Assembly (NCBI GenBank): GCA_027036735.1
Contig: JALWDU010000045.1
Span: forward strand, 1 to 40,299
DNA: 40,299 bases
Origin: Aquificales bacterium
GTDB lineage: Bacteria > Aquificota > Aquificia > Aquificales > QOAS01
Direction of reading: 5' to 3'
A program made the position numbers and the translations under genes. The notes below the pieces were generated by a model. It did no database searches and was not told where the DNA came from. It saw only the letters and a list, made by a program, of their open reading frames with translations. Shown here one piece after another: positions 9,257 through 17,401 of this stretch (positions within the stretch are counted from its first letter, which is position 1; the number at the start of each line of letters is the position of its first letter).

Positions 9257-9783
9257 GCTTCTGGTTTACCCTCCTTTTGACGGGATTTTTGGTTGTAGCC
9301 GTCCTCCTGTGGGTGGGTGTTTCCATAATCTCACCCGAGGTGGGTCTCATACTGCTCGCCTCTCTGGCGTTCGGCATGTTCGCCTTCAGGTTGCTGTCGG
9401 CTTACACCCTCGTGATGGCGGTAGCCGACGCCTTTAGGGAGAGGGGAGAAATTAAAGACCTCCAAAAGGTAGCCCAAAAGAGTGGAAAAACGGAAGAGGA
9501 GCTAAAACAAGTTCCCCTTTCGGTGGCGCTGGCGCTCGTTATGGCGGCGCTCGAACCTTACCGCTACACCTACTACTTTGGGTTTGTGATAGTGTTGCTC
9601 TTCGCCTTGGCGGTGAACACCCTGCCGACCTTTGCCGACCTGAAAACCCTAATGGAATCTGTCTTCTGGGGTGCGGCTCTCACCACCTTTATAGTGTGGG
9701 CGTTTGAAACCTTCGCCGAAGCCGCGGTCGCAGAGGTTGCCGAACTAGAGGAAAAACAAAACCCCGCCGAAGGCGGGAAGTGA
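9253..9783 (+). CDS. Hypothetical integral membrane protein (about 4 TM)
   Basis: Two hydrophobic pairs separated by a charged loop. Translationally coupled to the upstream gene. Confidence 0.8.
   Translation: MSFWFTLLLTGFLVVAVLLWVGVSIISPEVGLILLASLAFGMFAFRLLSAYTLVMAVADAFRERGEIKDLQKVAQKSGKTEEELKQVPLSVALALVMAALEPYRYTYYFGFVIVLLFALAVNTLPTFADLKTLMESVFWGAALTTFIVWAFETFAEAAVAEVAELEEKQNPAEGGK
9759..9777 (+). repeat. Palindromic repeat copy 1, AAACCCCGCCGAAGGCGGG (left end of TA island)
   Basis: Identical over 19 bp to 11059-11077. Hairpin CCCGCC-GAA-GGCGGG. Confidence 0.9.
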
Positions 9784-9791
9784 TTTTTTCA

Positions 9792-10232
9792 CTAACTTTT
9801 CCGATTTTCCTGTCTTTTTAAGAAATCTTTAACGTTAATCACCGCAATATCCGGCGAATAAAAGCCTTTATCGTTGGTAAGTATTAAATCGCACCGCATC
9901 TTTTTAGCCAAAACATATTGGATGGTATCCTCTAAATCCTTAAAATTTGAATCCTGTTTCATAAGCTCTATAGCCCTTTCCACTTCGTGATTTGAAAAGG
10001 GAACTATCGAACACATCTTGGACAATCTTTCGATAAAGACTAAAGCCTCTTTTCCGAACTTTTTCCTTAAGACATAATAAACGGTCGTTATAAGGTCGCA
10101 ACTTGTGTAAATCTCTACATCGCTTTCCAATAATGTTTGGATAGTTTTTATCGAAAACTCCCTTAAAGGTCTGCTTACATCAAAGAGGTCTATAAGAACA
10201 TTGGCGTCTACAAAAATTCTCTTACAGTTCAC
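9792..10232 (-). CDS. vapC: PIN-domain toxin (VapC-like)
   Basis: IFVDANVLID, DLEDTIQ and ILTNDKGF acidic PIN motifs. Confidence 0.9.
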   Translation of the reverse strand: MNCKRIFVDANVLIDLFDVSRPLREFSIKTIQTLLESDVEIYTSCDLITTVYYVLRKKFGKEALVFIERLSKMCSIVPFSNHEVERAIELMKQDSNFKDLEDTIQYVLAKKMRCDLILTNDKGFYSPDIAVINVKDFLKRQENRKS

Positions 10233-10479
10233 CTCCCATTTCCTCCTTAATATCCTGAATACGTTTGTTTCCTACAACCCCCCTAAGGTTTTCCGTCATC
10301 TCTACAAGTTCCTTAAAGGCTTTCAATCTCTCTTCCTTTCGGAGCTCTTTAAGTTTTTCCTTCACAAGTTCTTCTATTATTTGGCTCTGACTTTTTTTAA
10401 ACCGTTTGCTCAAAAGTCGAAGGACTCTATCCACTTCGGGAGATACACTTATGGTTTTTCTAACCTTTTTGGTTTTCAT
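10222..10479 (-). CDS. Ribbon-helix-helix antitoxin (VapB-like)
   Basis: Likely start ATG 10479 (MKTKKVRKTISVSPEV...SQSQIIEELV), an RHH pattern. Overlaps vapC. Confidence 0.85.
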   Translation of the reverse strand: MKTKKVRKTISVSPEVDRVLRLLSKRFKKSQSQIIEELVKEKLKELRKEERLKAFKELVEMTENLRGVVGNKRIQDIKEEMGGEL

Positions 10480-10487
10480 AAAAAAAA

Positions 10488-10515
10488 TACTTACAAAGGT
10501 GTATGCAAAAATCAA
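10488..10515 (-). promoter_or_regulatory. Putative sigma70 promoter of the vapBC pair
   Basis: TTGATT-N16-TAAGTA on the minus strand, with an ATAC..GTAT inverted repeat over the spacer and -10. It would give an almost leaderless mRNA. Confidence 0.4.
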
Positions 10516-10527
10516 CGCATATTAGAC

Positions 10528-10797
10528 CTATTTATAGGCATCCCCACGGGGTGCTATATTCACCACGGCGATAATCCGCTCTTCGGGAAGGATTGCGAAT
10601 ATAACCCTAAAATCTCCAACCTTCAATCGGTAGAAGCCTTTAAGTTTTCCCGTTAGTGGTTTAACATCCCTCCCATATTTGGGATTTTCCACTTCCGATA
10701 ACCCTTTGAGGGCTTCTTTAATTCTCCTTTTGGTAACCGCATCGAGTTTTTTGTATTTCTTTTCCGCAACTTTGGAGAGTTTAATCGTCCAACTCAT
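10528..10797 (-). CDS. relE: RelE/ParE-family toxin
   Basis: VKPLTGKL, FYRLKVGDFRVIF and IAPRGDAYK. Confidence 0.92.
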   Translation of the reverse strand: MSWTIKLSKVAEKKYKKLDAVTKRRIKEALKGLSEVENPKYGRDVKPLTGKLKGFYRLKVGDFRVIFAILPEERIIAVVNIAPRGDAYK

Positions 10798-11023
10798 CTA
10801 AGGTTTTCCCGCCACCCCTTTGTATCTCTTCGAGTCCTTCCTTACACTCTTCCAAAAAACCGGGAATGGATAGAAGTTCGAGAGTCTCCTTATGGCGTTC
10901 GATGTATTCGTCCACCAGTTCGTTGAGAATCTCGTTGATGCTCCTCCTCTCGTAACCCGCTAAGGCGCGCAGGAGGCGGGCTTTCTCCTCGTCGAGGCGC
11001 AAAGTGGTGGCTACCCTTCGCAT
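10781..11023 (-). CDS. RHH antitoxin of the RelE pair
   Basis: Likely start ATG 11023 with a GAGGG RBS. TTLRLDEE...SINEILNELV RHH pattern and an ETLELLSIPG...TLDEL acidic tail. Confidence 0.85.
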   Translation of the reverse strand: MRRVATTLRLDEEKARLLRALAGYERRSINEILNELVDEYIERHKETLELLSIPGFLEECKEGLEEIQRGGGKTLDELDD

Positions 11024-11031
11024 AACCCTCA

Positions 11032-11060
11032 AATCTAGTATCATGATGTCATAAAATCAA
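11032..11060 (-). promoter_or_regulatory. Putative sigma70 promoter/operator of the relBE pair
   Basis: TTGATT-N17-TAGATT on the minus strand. The spacer contains the palindromes ATGA-CA-TCAT and ATCATGAT. Confidence 0.55.
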
Positions 11061-11077
11061 ACCCCGCCGAAGGCGGG
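11059..11077 (+). repeat. Palindromic repeat copy 2 (right end of TA island, also a plausible tadA terminator)
   Basis: Identical to 9759-9777. Starts 2 bp past the tadA stop and is followed by a T-rich run on the minus strand. Confidence 0.9.
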
Positions 11078-11079
11078 CA

Positions 11080-11523
11080 TTAATCCTTCTTTCTCAATTC
11101 TTTAAAGAAATCCCCGAGCAGTTTGGAACACTCTTCGCAGGGGATACGCTCCCAAGGAATTTTATACTCCTCCGCTATAAAAAAACGGCTCACCACCGCC
11201 CCGTGCTTTGGGTTGTAGGCGCCAAAGTAGAGTTTTCTAAACCTCGCCAGGGCTATAGCCCCCGCGCACATGGGACAGGGTTCGAGGGTGACGTATATCT
11301 CGCACTCGCGGAGGGTTTTTATTCCCACCCTTTTGGAGGCTTCGGAAATGGCGAGCATCTCCGCATGGGCGGTTATATCGGACAGTTCTTCCACCCGGTT
11401 GTGGGCTTTTGCAACAACCTCACCCCTTAGGGTTATCACACACCCGACCGGAACCTCCCCCTTTCGGAAAGCCTTTTTCGCCTCCTCCACCGCGAGGGAG
11501 AGGAAATATTCCCTTTCCCCCAT
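11080..11523 (-). CDS. tadA: tRNA adenosine(34) deaminase
   Basis: GEVPVG, AHAE and TLEPCPMC. The true start is ATG 11523, because the 254-aa ORF extends spuriously into proC. Confidence 0.93.
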   Translation of the reverse strand: MGEREYFLSLAVEEAKKAFRKGEVPVGCVITLRGEVVAKAHNRVEELSDITAHAEMLAISEASKRVGIKTLRECEIYVTLEPCPMCAGAIALARFRKLYFGAYNPKHGAVVSRFFIAEEYKIPWERIPCEECSKLLGDFFKELRKKD

Positions 11524-11526
11524 TAG

Positions 11527-12339
11527 GTGAGAATAATCCCTATGCAATCTACGGTGGGTTTTATCGGATTCGGAAACATGGCGAGGGCTATAGCCGAAGG
11601 TCTCACCCGCGCCGGATTTCCCAAAGAAAAGATTCTCGCCTCCGTGAGGAGCGAAAAGAGTAGGGAAAAACTCCAAAAGGAGGGGTTTAAAGTCCTTCCC
11701 CCCGAGGAGGTTTTCGAAAAATCCCAAATCCTCTTTTTGGCTACCAAACCCAAAGACCTCCCCGCGGCGGTAAAGCCCTTTAAAGACCTTCCTCAAAAGG
11801 GAGAAAAAATTTTTATTTCGGTCGCCGCGGGTGTTTCCCTCCAAAAGCTCAAAGACCTCTTGGGGGAAGACTCAAAAATAGTCCGCACCATGCCGAACGT
11901 AAACGTCGCCGTCGGCAAGGGGGTGTGGGGGGTCGCCTACTCGGAAAATCTCACCCCCGCGGAGCGGGGAAGGATTAAAGAACTATTGGAAAAAACCGGC
12001 TTGGTGGTGGAGCTGGACGAAAGTCTGATGGACGCCATAACCGCCCTGGCGGGAAGCGCACCCGCCTTTATATCCGAAATAATCGATGCATTCGCCGAGG
12101 CTGGGGTAAAGCTCGGCTTCAAATACCCCGAAGCCCTAAAGATAGCCCTCTACACCTTTACGGGAACACTACAACTTATAGAGGAGAATAACGAACACCC
12201 CATACTGCTTAGGGATAAAGTGACCTCCCCCGCGGGGACTACGATTTACGGACTTTCGAAACTCCACTCGGAAGGGGTAAAGGGAAAACTTATAGAGGTG
12301 ATAGAAGAGGCTTACAAACGGGCGAGGGAATGGGATTAG
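11527..12339 (+). CDS. proC: Pyrroline-5-carboxylate reductase
   Basis: GFIGFGNM, RTMPN, TALAGSAPA and VTSPAGTT. The start is GTG 11527 or ATG 11542. Confidence 0.96.
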   Translation: MRIIPMQSTVGFIGFGNMARAIAEGLTRAGFPKEKILASVRSEKSREKLQKEGFKVLPPEEVFEKSQILFLATKPKDLPAAVKPFKDLPQKGEKIFISVAAGVSLQKLKDLLGEDSKIVRTMPNVNVAVGKGVWGVAYSENLTPAERGRIKELLEKTGLVVELDESLMDAITALAGSAPAFISEIIDAFAEAGVKLGFKYPEALKIALYTFTGTLQLIEENNEHPILLRDKVTSPAGTTIYGLSKLHSEGVKGKLIEVIEEAYKRAREWD

Positions 12340-12938
12340 GACCCCTTTCCCTTACCCTTTTTCTGTAAAAGCTCAACAATCTTTTTATAGACCTTTAAAA
12401 CCCTTTCATCCCTATAGGTGAACTCGCAAGAAATTTCGTTTCGCTCGGGGTTAGCCGAAACCACGTTTGCCCAAAATGTTACGGGCTGTTCCTCATCCGG
12501 CAAAAAAATCTTCAAAAAAACTTTGGAGGATTGGGCAGTTAGCAAACTTTTCGGTATCGGAAATTCGAATTTAATCCTACATCCTCCAAGGGAGAAGTCA
12601 ACCAATTTCCCGTTTAACCCTTTTACAGAAGCTTTAATATTCAAATCTTTTGTTTTCAAACGGGGATAGCGTCTCAGTTCTATCCAACCTTCCTTTATAA
12701 GGAAGGAATAGGTATCCTCCCCTATTTTTTCAATCGGTTTGGTTAAAAAAGAGAATGTTGCTCCTCCACTGTTGAAATAAAATTGATAAAGTTTATCGAA
12801 ATCTATCCTGTATCCGTCCAAAATTTTTGCCTTTAAGGTATTTATTCCAATTTCTATAGGCTTATAAAAAAAAATATGTGTGGGATTATCCGCCTCATGG
12901 GCTATATGAAAGTTCAAAGTAGGTATTTTGTCGGGCAT
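12336..12938 (-). CDS. PilZ-domain c-di-GMP-binding protein
   Basis: RRYPR (RxxxR) and DFSLGG (DxSxxG) motifs. AT-rich. Confidence 0.85.
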   Translation of the reverse strand: MPDKIPTLNFHIAHEADNPTHIFFYKPIEIGINTLKAKILDGYRIDFDKLYQFYFNSGGATFSFLTKPIEKIGEDTYSFLIKEGWIELRRYPRLKTKDLNIKASVKGLNGKLVDFSLGGCRIKFEFPIPKSLLTAQSSKVFLKIFLPDEEQPVTFWANVVSANPERNEISCEFTYRDERVLKVYKKIVELLQKKGKGKGS

Positions 12939-13511
12939 ATCGCAAATTATATTCTACCCCTCCTGGCGGTGTTGTTGCTTCTCCCGAAGGGGGTTTTAAG
13001 GGCTTCGGAAGCCCACCGCGAGGAAGTTAAGGGTTTTCTACCCCAATTGGAGTGTTTTCAGGTCGACTTCACCCAAAGGGGTGTCTTCTGGAACGAGACC
13101 GAAAACTACAACGGGACTCTGACCAAATTGGGAAACCGCCGTTGGGAGATTGTCTACTACACAAATCCGCCCTTTGTGGTGTCGGCGGAGGGCGACTACG
13201 TCGTCTTGGGCTATGTGGGGGAGAAAAAGGAGCGGCTCGACCTCAGGGAATATCCCAACCCCGTTTTGGAGGTTCTCCTCCACCTCGACCGCCCGTGGGA
13301 AATCTTTTCCGTGAAAGCCCTCGGCGGGAACCGATACCTGTTGACCCCAAAGGGTGAGTTGGGGCAGTATGTCCGGAAGGCTATTCTTGAAACCGATGGG
13401 GCGGGTTTTGTCAAACGCCTGGAGGTCTACGGGGGGAGGAACAACTATCTCGTGTTTGAGGTTTTGAAAATAAAACCCTCCTGCGGCGGAAATAAAATAG
13501 GAAAACCCTAA
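12906..13511 (+). CDS. lolA: LolA-like outer-membrane lipoprotein carrier
   Basis: A signal peptide, then FQVDFTQ, RWEIVY..P and RYLLTPK in a LolA-like pattern. Start uncertain. Confidence 0.65.
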   Translation: MKVQSRYFVGHIANYILPLLAVLLLLPKGVLRASEAHREEVKGFLPQLECFQVDFTQRGVFWNETENYNGTLTKLGNRRWEIVYYTNPPFVVSAEGDYVVLGYVGEKKERLDLREYPNPVLEVLLHLDRPWEIFSVKALGGNRYLLTPKGELGQYVRKAILETDGAGFVKRLEVYGGRNNYLVFEVLKIKPSCGGNKIGKP

Positions 13512-13512
13512 T

Positions 13513-14226
13513 ATGGAGAAGCGGGAGAAACTTTACGAGGGAAAGGCTAAGATAGTTTACGCCACCGACGAGCCCGACAAGGTCGTCATCTACTTCAAGG
13601 ACGACACCACCGCCTTCGACGGGGTGAAAAAGGAGGAGATAGGCGGTAAGGGCGTAATAAACAACGCCATTTCCTCGCTCATATTCGAACTGCTAAACAA
13701 AAGGGGGATACCCACCCACTACATAAAGAAACTCTCCGCCCGCGAGATGCTCGCCAAAAGGGTAGAGATTATCCCCGTCGAGGTGGTTGTGAGAAACTTC
13801 GCCTCAGGAAGCTTTACGAGACGCTACGGTATCCCCGAGGGGACTAAATTGGAAAAACCCCTCGTGGAAACCTTCTGGAAAAATGACGAGCTCCACGACC
13901 CGCTGGTGTGCGCCGAGCACATAGAGCTTTTGAAACTCGCCGACCTGCGCGATGTCGAGGAGATGAAGAAAATAGCCCTGCAGGTCAACGAGATACTGAA
14001 AGCCTTCTTCGCCGCCAAAAATATACTGCTGGTCGACTTCAAATTGGAGTTCGGAAAGACACCCGACGGGAAGCTGGTTTTAGCCGACGAGATTTCCCCC
14101 GACAGCTGCCGCCTCTGGGACGCCGAAACCAAAAAGAAACTGGACAAGGACGTCTTTAGGCACGATTTGGGAGACCTAAGGGAGGTTTACAACGAACTCC
14201 TGAAACGCCTTCAGGAGGAGGGTTAA
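13513..14226 (+). CDS. purC: SAICAR synthase
   Basis: LYEGKAK, IIPVEVVVRN, LVDFKLEFG and LADEISPDSCRLWD. Confidence 0.98.
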   Translation: MEKREKLYEGKAKIVYATDEPDKVVIYFKDDTTAFDGVKKEEIGGKGVINNAISSLIFELLNKRGIPTHYIKKLSAREMLAKRVEIIPVEVVVRNFASGSFTRRYGIPEGTKLEKPLVETFWKNDELHDPLVCAEHIELLKLADLRDVEEMKKIALQVNEILKAFFAAKNILLVDFKLEFGKTPDGKLVLADEISPDSCRLWDAETKKKLDKDVFRHDLGDLREVYNELLKRLQEEG

Positions 14227-14229
14227 CCG

Positions 14230-14249
14230 AAACTCCCTTTGGAGTTTTT
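14230..14249 (+). terminator. Intrinsic terminator after purC
   Basis: AAACTCC-cttt-GGAGTTTTT, 3 bp after the stop. Confidence 0.6.
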
Positions 14250-14338
14250 AAACATTTTTCCTTCAAATGTTCCTTTTCCCTTAGTGGGTAAGTATTTCGG
14301 AACCCCCGCGGTTGGGGATAGGGTTTAATTAACACCTT

Positions 14339-16621
14339 GTGAAGGTCTTCGAAATTCTTCCAAATTCGACCTTTGACGGGAAAAGGGGAAAGGTTGTTTA
14401 CAAACCCTCCTTTGGGAGTGTGAGGGAGGAAGACCTCGTAAGGGTTGAAGAGACCGACCTAAATCTCCCCTTTGAGGTCTTAAACCCCATTCAGAGCGTC
14501 TTTTACAGGCACTATAAAGGTGGGAACGCACTCGTTTCGGCGCCCACCTCCGCCGGGAAGACCGGTATAGCGCTCATCTTCTTCCACAACCGGAGCGGAA
14601 GGATAGTCTACACCGCCCCCACCAAGGCGCTCGTAGGCGAAAAGGCTAGGGAGCTAAAGGCTATATTCGGGGAGGTCGACATAAGGACGGGGGACGTTAT
14701 AGAGGAGTTCAAACCGGTGCGCTCCCGCGTTGTGGTCTCCACCTACGAAAATTTAGCCCTCGCCTTTAGAAACAACGCACCGTGGACTGCCGATATCGAG
14801 GCGGTTGTCGTTGACGAAGTTCACGCCCTCCTGGGAAACCGCGGTCTGGTGGTCGAGGAGATAATTACCGAACTGCTCCTTAGGGGGATAGACACCCTTT
14901 CACTCTCGGCTACCGTCCCCGGTGCGGAGCGGCTCGCCCGCTGGCTGAAGGCGGAGCTCCTTATAAAGAGTTCCTGGCGACCGGTTCCCCTCGAGAGGGA
15001 GATAAGGAGCCTCAAACACTTCAAGGAATGGATAGACCCGAGGGAACTCGAGGAGGTAAAGGCTGACGAGCGCTTTGCCCTAAAAATCCTCACCGCCCTC
15101 TTCGAGCTATCGAAGCCGGACGAAAAGGTTATCGTCTTCGTTCCGAAAAAGACGATTGGCTGGAAGATGCTCGAATACGCCAACCGCGAGAGGCTCGAGA
15201 TTGCCAACAAGACCGCCCCCTTCGAGGTAAAGAGGGAGGGGTGGGAGATAGCCTTTCACAACGCCGACGTGCCGAAGGAGGAGAGGGAGGAGATAGAGCG
15301 GGCTTTCAGGGAGGGGGAACTCAACAAACTGATAGCCACCCAAACGCTCGCCTACGGGGTGAACCTCCCCGCCGACAGGGTGATAATCGGCGTTAGGGGC
15401 TTTAGAAGCCCCTCCAGCGGGGAGTTTGTGATAATTCCCGACGTCCTCGACATACTCCAAGAGGAGGGTAGGGCTGGACGCTTCGGGATTAAGGAAAAGG
15501 GGTATTCCCATATCTTGGTCTACGGTTCCAACCTCTCCCGCGTGGAGGAGAGGTTAAAGAAAGCCCTCGAGGGTGAGTTCGAACCCTACCTCCAGAGGGA
15601 GGTCTCGAAAAACTTCTCCACCCAAGGGTTGGGAGATGAGGCTTTTGGAAAACTCACGCTGTTTCTATTGGTCGCACTCCTCCACAGGGGGGAGAGGTTT
15701 AAGGAATTTCTAAGGGAAACCTTTTCCCTCCGCAGGCTCGCCGACCACCCGGTCGTTGCGGAGGCTCTCGAGTGGCTCCTCGAGAGCGGCTATGCCGACA
15801 GCTCCTTTAAGCTCACCGAAAAGGGGCTCTTTTGCGTAAAAAGTGGAGTCCCCCCTGTAAACTTCGAGGAATACCTCCGCAGAAGGGAATTGCCCCTTCC
15901 CACCCTCGCGAGGATTAGACCCCTCCTATACACCAAGAGGCTCGACGGAATTTTCTACTTCGCCCGTTCGAGGGAGAGGTTTGAGGAAGACCATCGGAAG
16001 GTTTCGGAGATATTAATCCCCTGCGGGGGTGAGTGTTTCGAGGACAACACCGACCAGCTCCTATTTTTCGCCGAGGGCTACACTTTCTACTACCCCAACA
16101 TATCCAACCCGCCGGGCGATTTCTCCTACCTCGGGAGCGATGCCCTGCACCTGCTCAGAACCCTTTTGGAACTGCGCCGTATTGGGGTCGAAAACCTATC
16201 CAACGAAACCCTGCTGAGAATTACCCACTCCCTCAAATACGGGCTAAAAATGGAATTCGCACCCCTGGGGGGGATAAAGGGGATAGGCCACATAAGGGCA
16301 AACCTCCTAAAGGAGCACCTCCAAACGGAGTCTATTAAAGGTTTGGATTTCACCCAAAGGGTTGGGGAACTCCTCGAGGGATACTACGACGAAGGGGTTT
16401 TAAGGGAGGCGCTTACCGAACTTTTAATGGAACTTAGAAATCTCACCGAACCGAGGGCGAGGAGGGAGGCTAATGCCGTTTTGGGGTATCTGAAGAGAAA
16501 CCGAAACTCCCTGCTGGTGGACGACCGGATACTTCGCACCTTCGGGCTGTTCCGATACGGGAGGAACTCCCTCGGTTGGAAGAGGGAGGAACTTTTAAAC
16601 CGCCTGTTGGAGGAAGGTTGA
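14339..16621 (+). CDS. Ski2-like SF2 helicase (Hel308/Hjm-like)
   Basis: Q motif LNPIQ, I APTSAGKT, Ia APTKAL, II DEVH, III SAT, V TQTLAYGVNLPA, VI QEEGRAGR and a C-terminal HhH (IKGIGHIRA). Confidence 0.88.
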   Translation: MKVFEILPNSTFDGKRGKVVYKPSFGSVREEDLVRVEETDLNLPFEVLNPIQSVFYRHYKGGNALVSAPTSAGKTGIALIFFHNRSGRIVYTAPTKALVGEKARELKAIFGEVDIRTGDVIEEFKPVRSRVVVSTYENLALAFRNNAPWTADIEAVVVDEVHALLGNRGLVVEEIITELLLRGIDTLSLSATVPGAERLARWLKAELLIKSSWRPVPLEREIRSLKHFKEWIDPRELEEVKADERFALKILTALFELSKPDEKVIVFVPKKTIGWKMLEYANRERLEIANKTAPFEVKREGWEIAFHNADVPKEEREEIERAFREGELNKLIATQTLAYGVNLPADRVIIGVRGFRSPSSGEFVIIPDVLDILQEEGRAGRFGIKEKGYSHILVYGSNLSRVEERLKKALEGEFEPYLQREVSKNFSTQGLGDEAFGKLTLFLLVALLHRGERFKEFLRETFSLRRLADHPVVAEALEWLLESGYADSSFKLTEKGLFCVKSGVPPVNFEEYLRRRELPLPTLARIRPLLYTKRLDGIFYFARSRERFEEDHRKVSEILIPCGGECFEDNTDQLLFFAEGYTFYYPNISNPPGDFSYLGSDALHLLRTLLELRRIGVENLSNETLLRITHSLKYGLKMEFAPLGGIKGIGHIRANLLKEHLQTESIKGLDFTQRVGELLEGYYDEGVLREALTELLMELRNLTEPRARREANAVLGYLKRNRNSLLVDDRILRTFGLFRYGRNSLGWKREELLNRLLEEG

Positions 16622-17401
16622 ATGCGCGTTGGCGTCTTCGATTCCGGTCTGGGCGGTCTCACCGTTTTGTCCGCTCTCCTCGAGGTCTCGTCGGGTGTCG
16701 AATTCTTCTATTTGGGCGACACGGCGAGGGTGCCCTACGGGATACGCTCCGCCGAGACGGTGGTAAACTACGCCCTCGAGTGCGCCGCCTTTCTGCACCG
16801 CTTCGACATAGACTTGCTCGTAGTGGCTTGCAACACCGCTTCGGCGAAGGCGACAAAAGCCCTTCGGGAGAGATTTCCCCAAACGGAGGTCTACGAGGTT
16901 ATAACACCCGCGGTGGAGGAGGTGTTAAAACTAAACCCCCCGAGGGTGGGGGTAATAGGGACACCCGCAACGGTGGGAAGTAATGTTTATAAAAACCTCC
17001 TATTGGAGGGAAATCCAAACCTGAAAGTCCTCCAAAGGGCGACCCCCTTGCTCGTTCCCCTCGTGGAGGAGGGGATAACCGAAGGCACCGTTGCGGAGAC
17101 CGTTTTAAGGCACTACCTCGAGGGGTGGAGGGGGGAAATAGATACCCTCTTATTGGGTTGCACCCACTACCCCCTTTTGGAGGAAACGATAAAAAAACTC
17201 TACCCCGGGTGGGGAATCGTAAACAGTGCAAAACCCCTCGCGGGGAAACTCTCGAAACGTCTAACCCTCGGAGGGGAAAACAAAATACGCCTCTTTTTCT
17301 CCGACAGGAGCGCCTTTTTGGAGGAGATGGTTAAGAGAATTCCCCTAAAGGGGAAGTTGGAGGGAGTGGAAGTCTTTAGTTGGGAAGGGGTGATTATTTG
17401 A
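16622..17401 (+). CDS. murI: Glutamate racemase
   Basis: FDSGLGG, VPYG, ACNTAS and LGCTHYP. Confidence 0.97.
   Translation: MRVGVFDSGLGGLTVLSALLEVSSGVEFFYLGDTARVPYGIRSAETVVNYALECAAFLHRFDIDLLVVACNTASAKATKALRERFPQTEVYEVITPAVEEVLKLNPPRVGVIGTPATVGSNVYKNLLLEGNPNLKVLQRATPLLVPLVEEGITEGTVAETVLRHYLEGWRGEIDTLLLGCTHYPLLEETIKKLYPGWGIVNSAKPLAGKLSKRLTLGGENKIRLFFSDRSAFLEEMVKRIPLKGKLEGVEVFSWEGVII

Larger units (their letters stand above)
9759..11077. mobile_element. AT-rich island with two TA pairs, bounded by a 19-bp direct repeat
   Basis: Exact direct repeats 1300 bp apart, a visibly AT-richer interior and only TA genes inside. No recombinase gene. Confidence 0.55.

Noticed and set aside
10201-10656. 151-aa plus-strand ORF over the TA genes
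   Set aside because: Antisense shadow of well-supported TA genes, with an F/L/K-rich composition typical of reverse-strand AT-rich DNA.
11524-11844. N-terminal extension of the 254-aa tadA ORF
   Set aside because: It overlaps proC on the opposite strand. The TadA-like sequence begins at ATG 11523.
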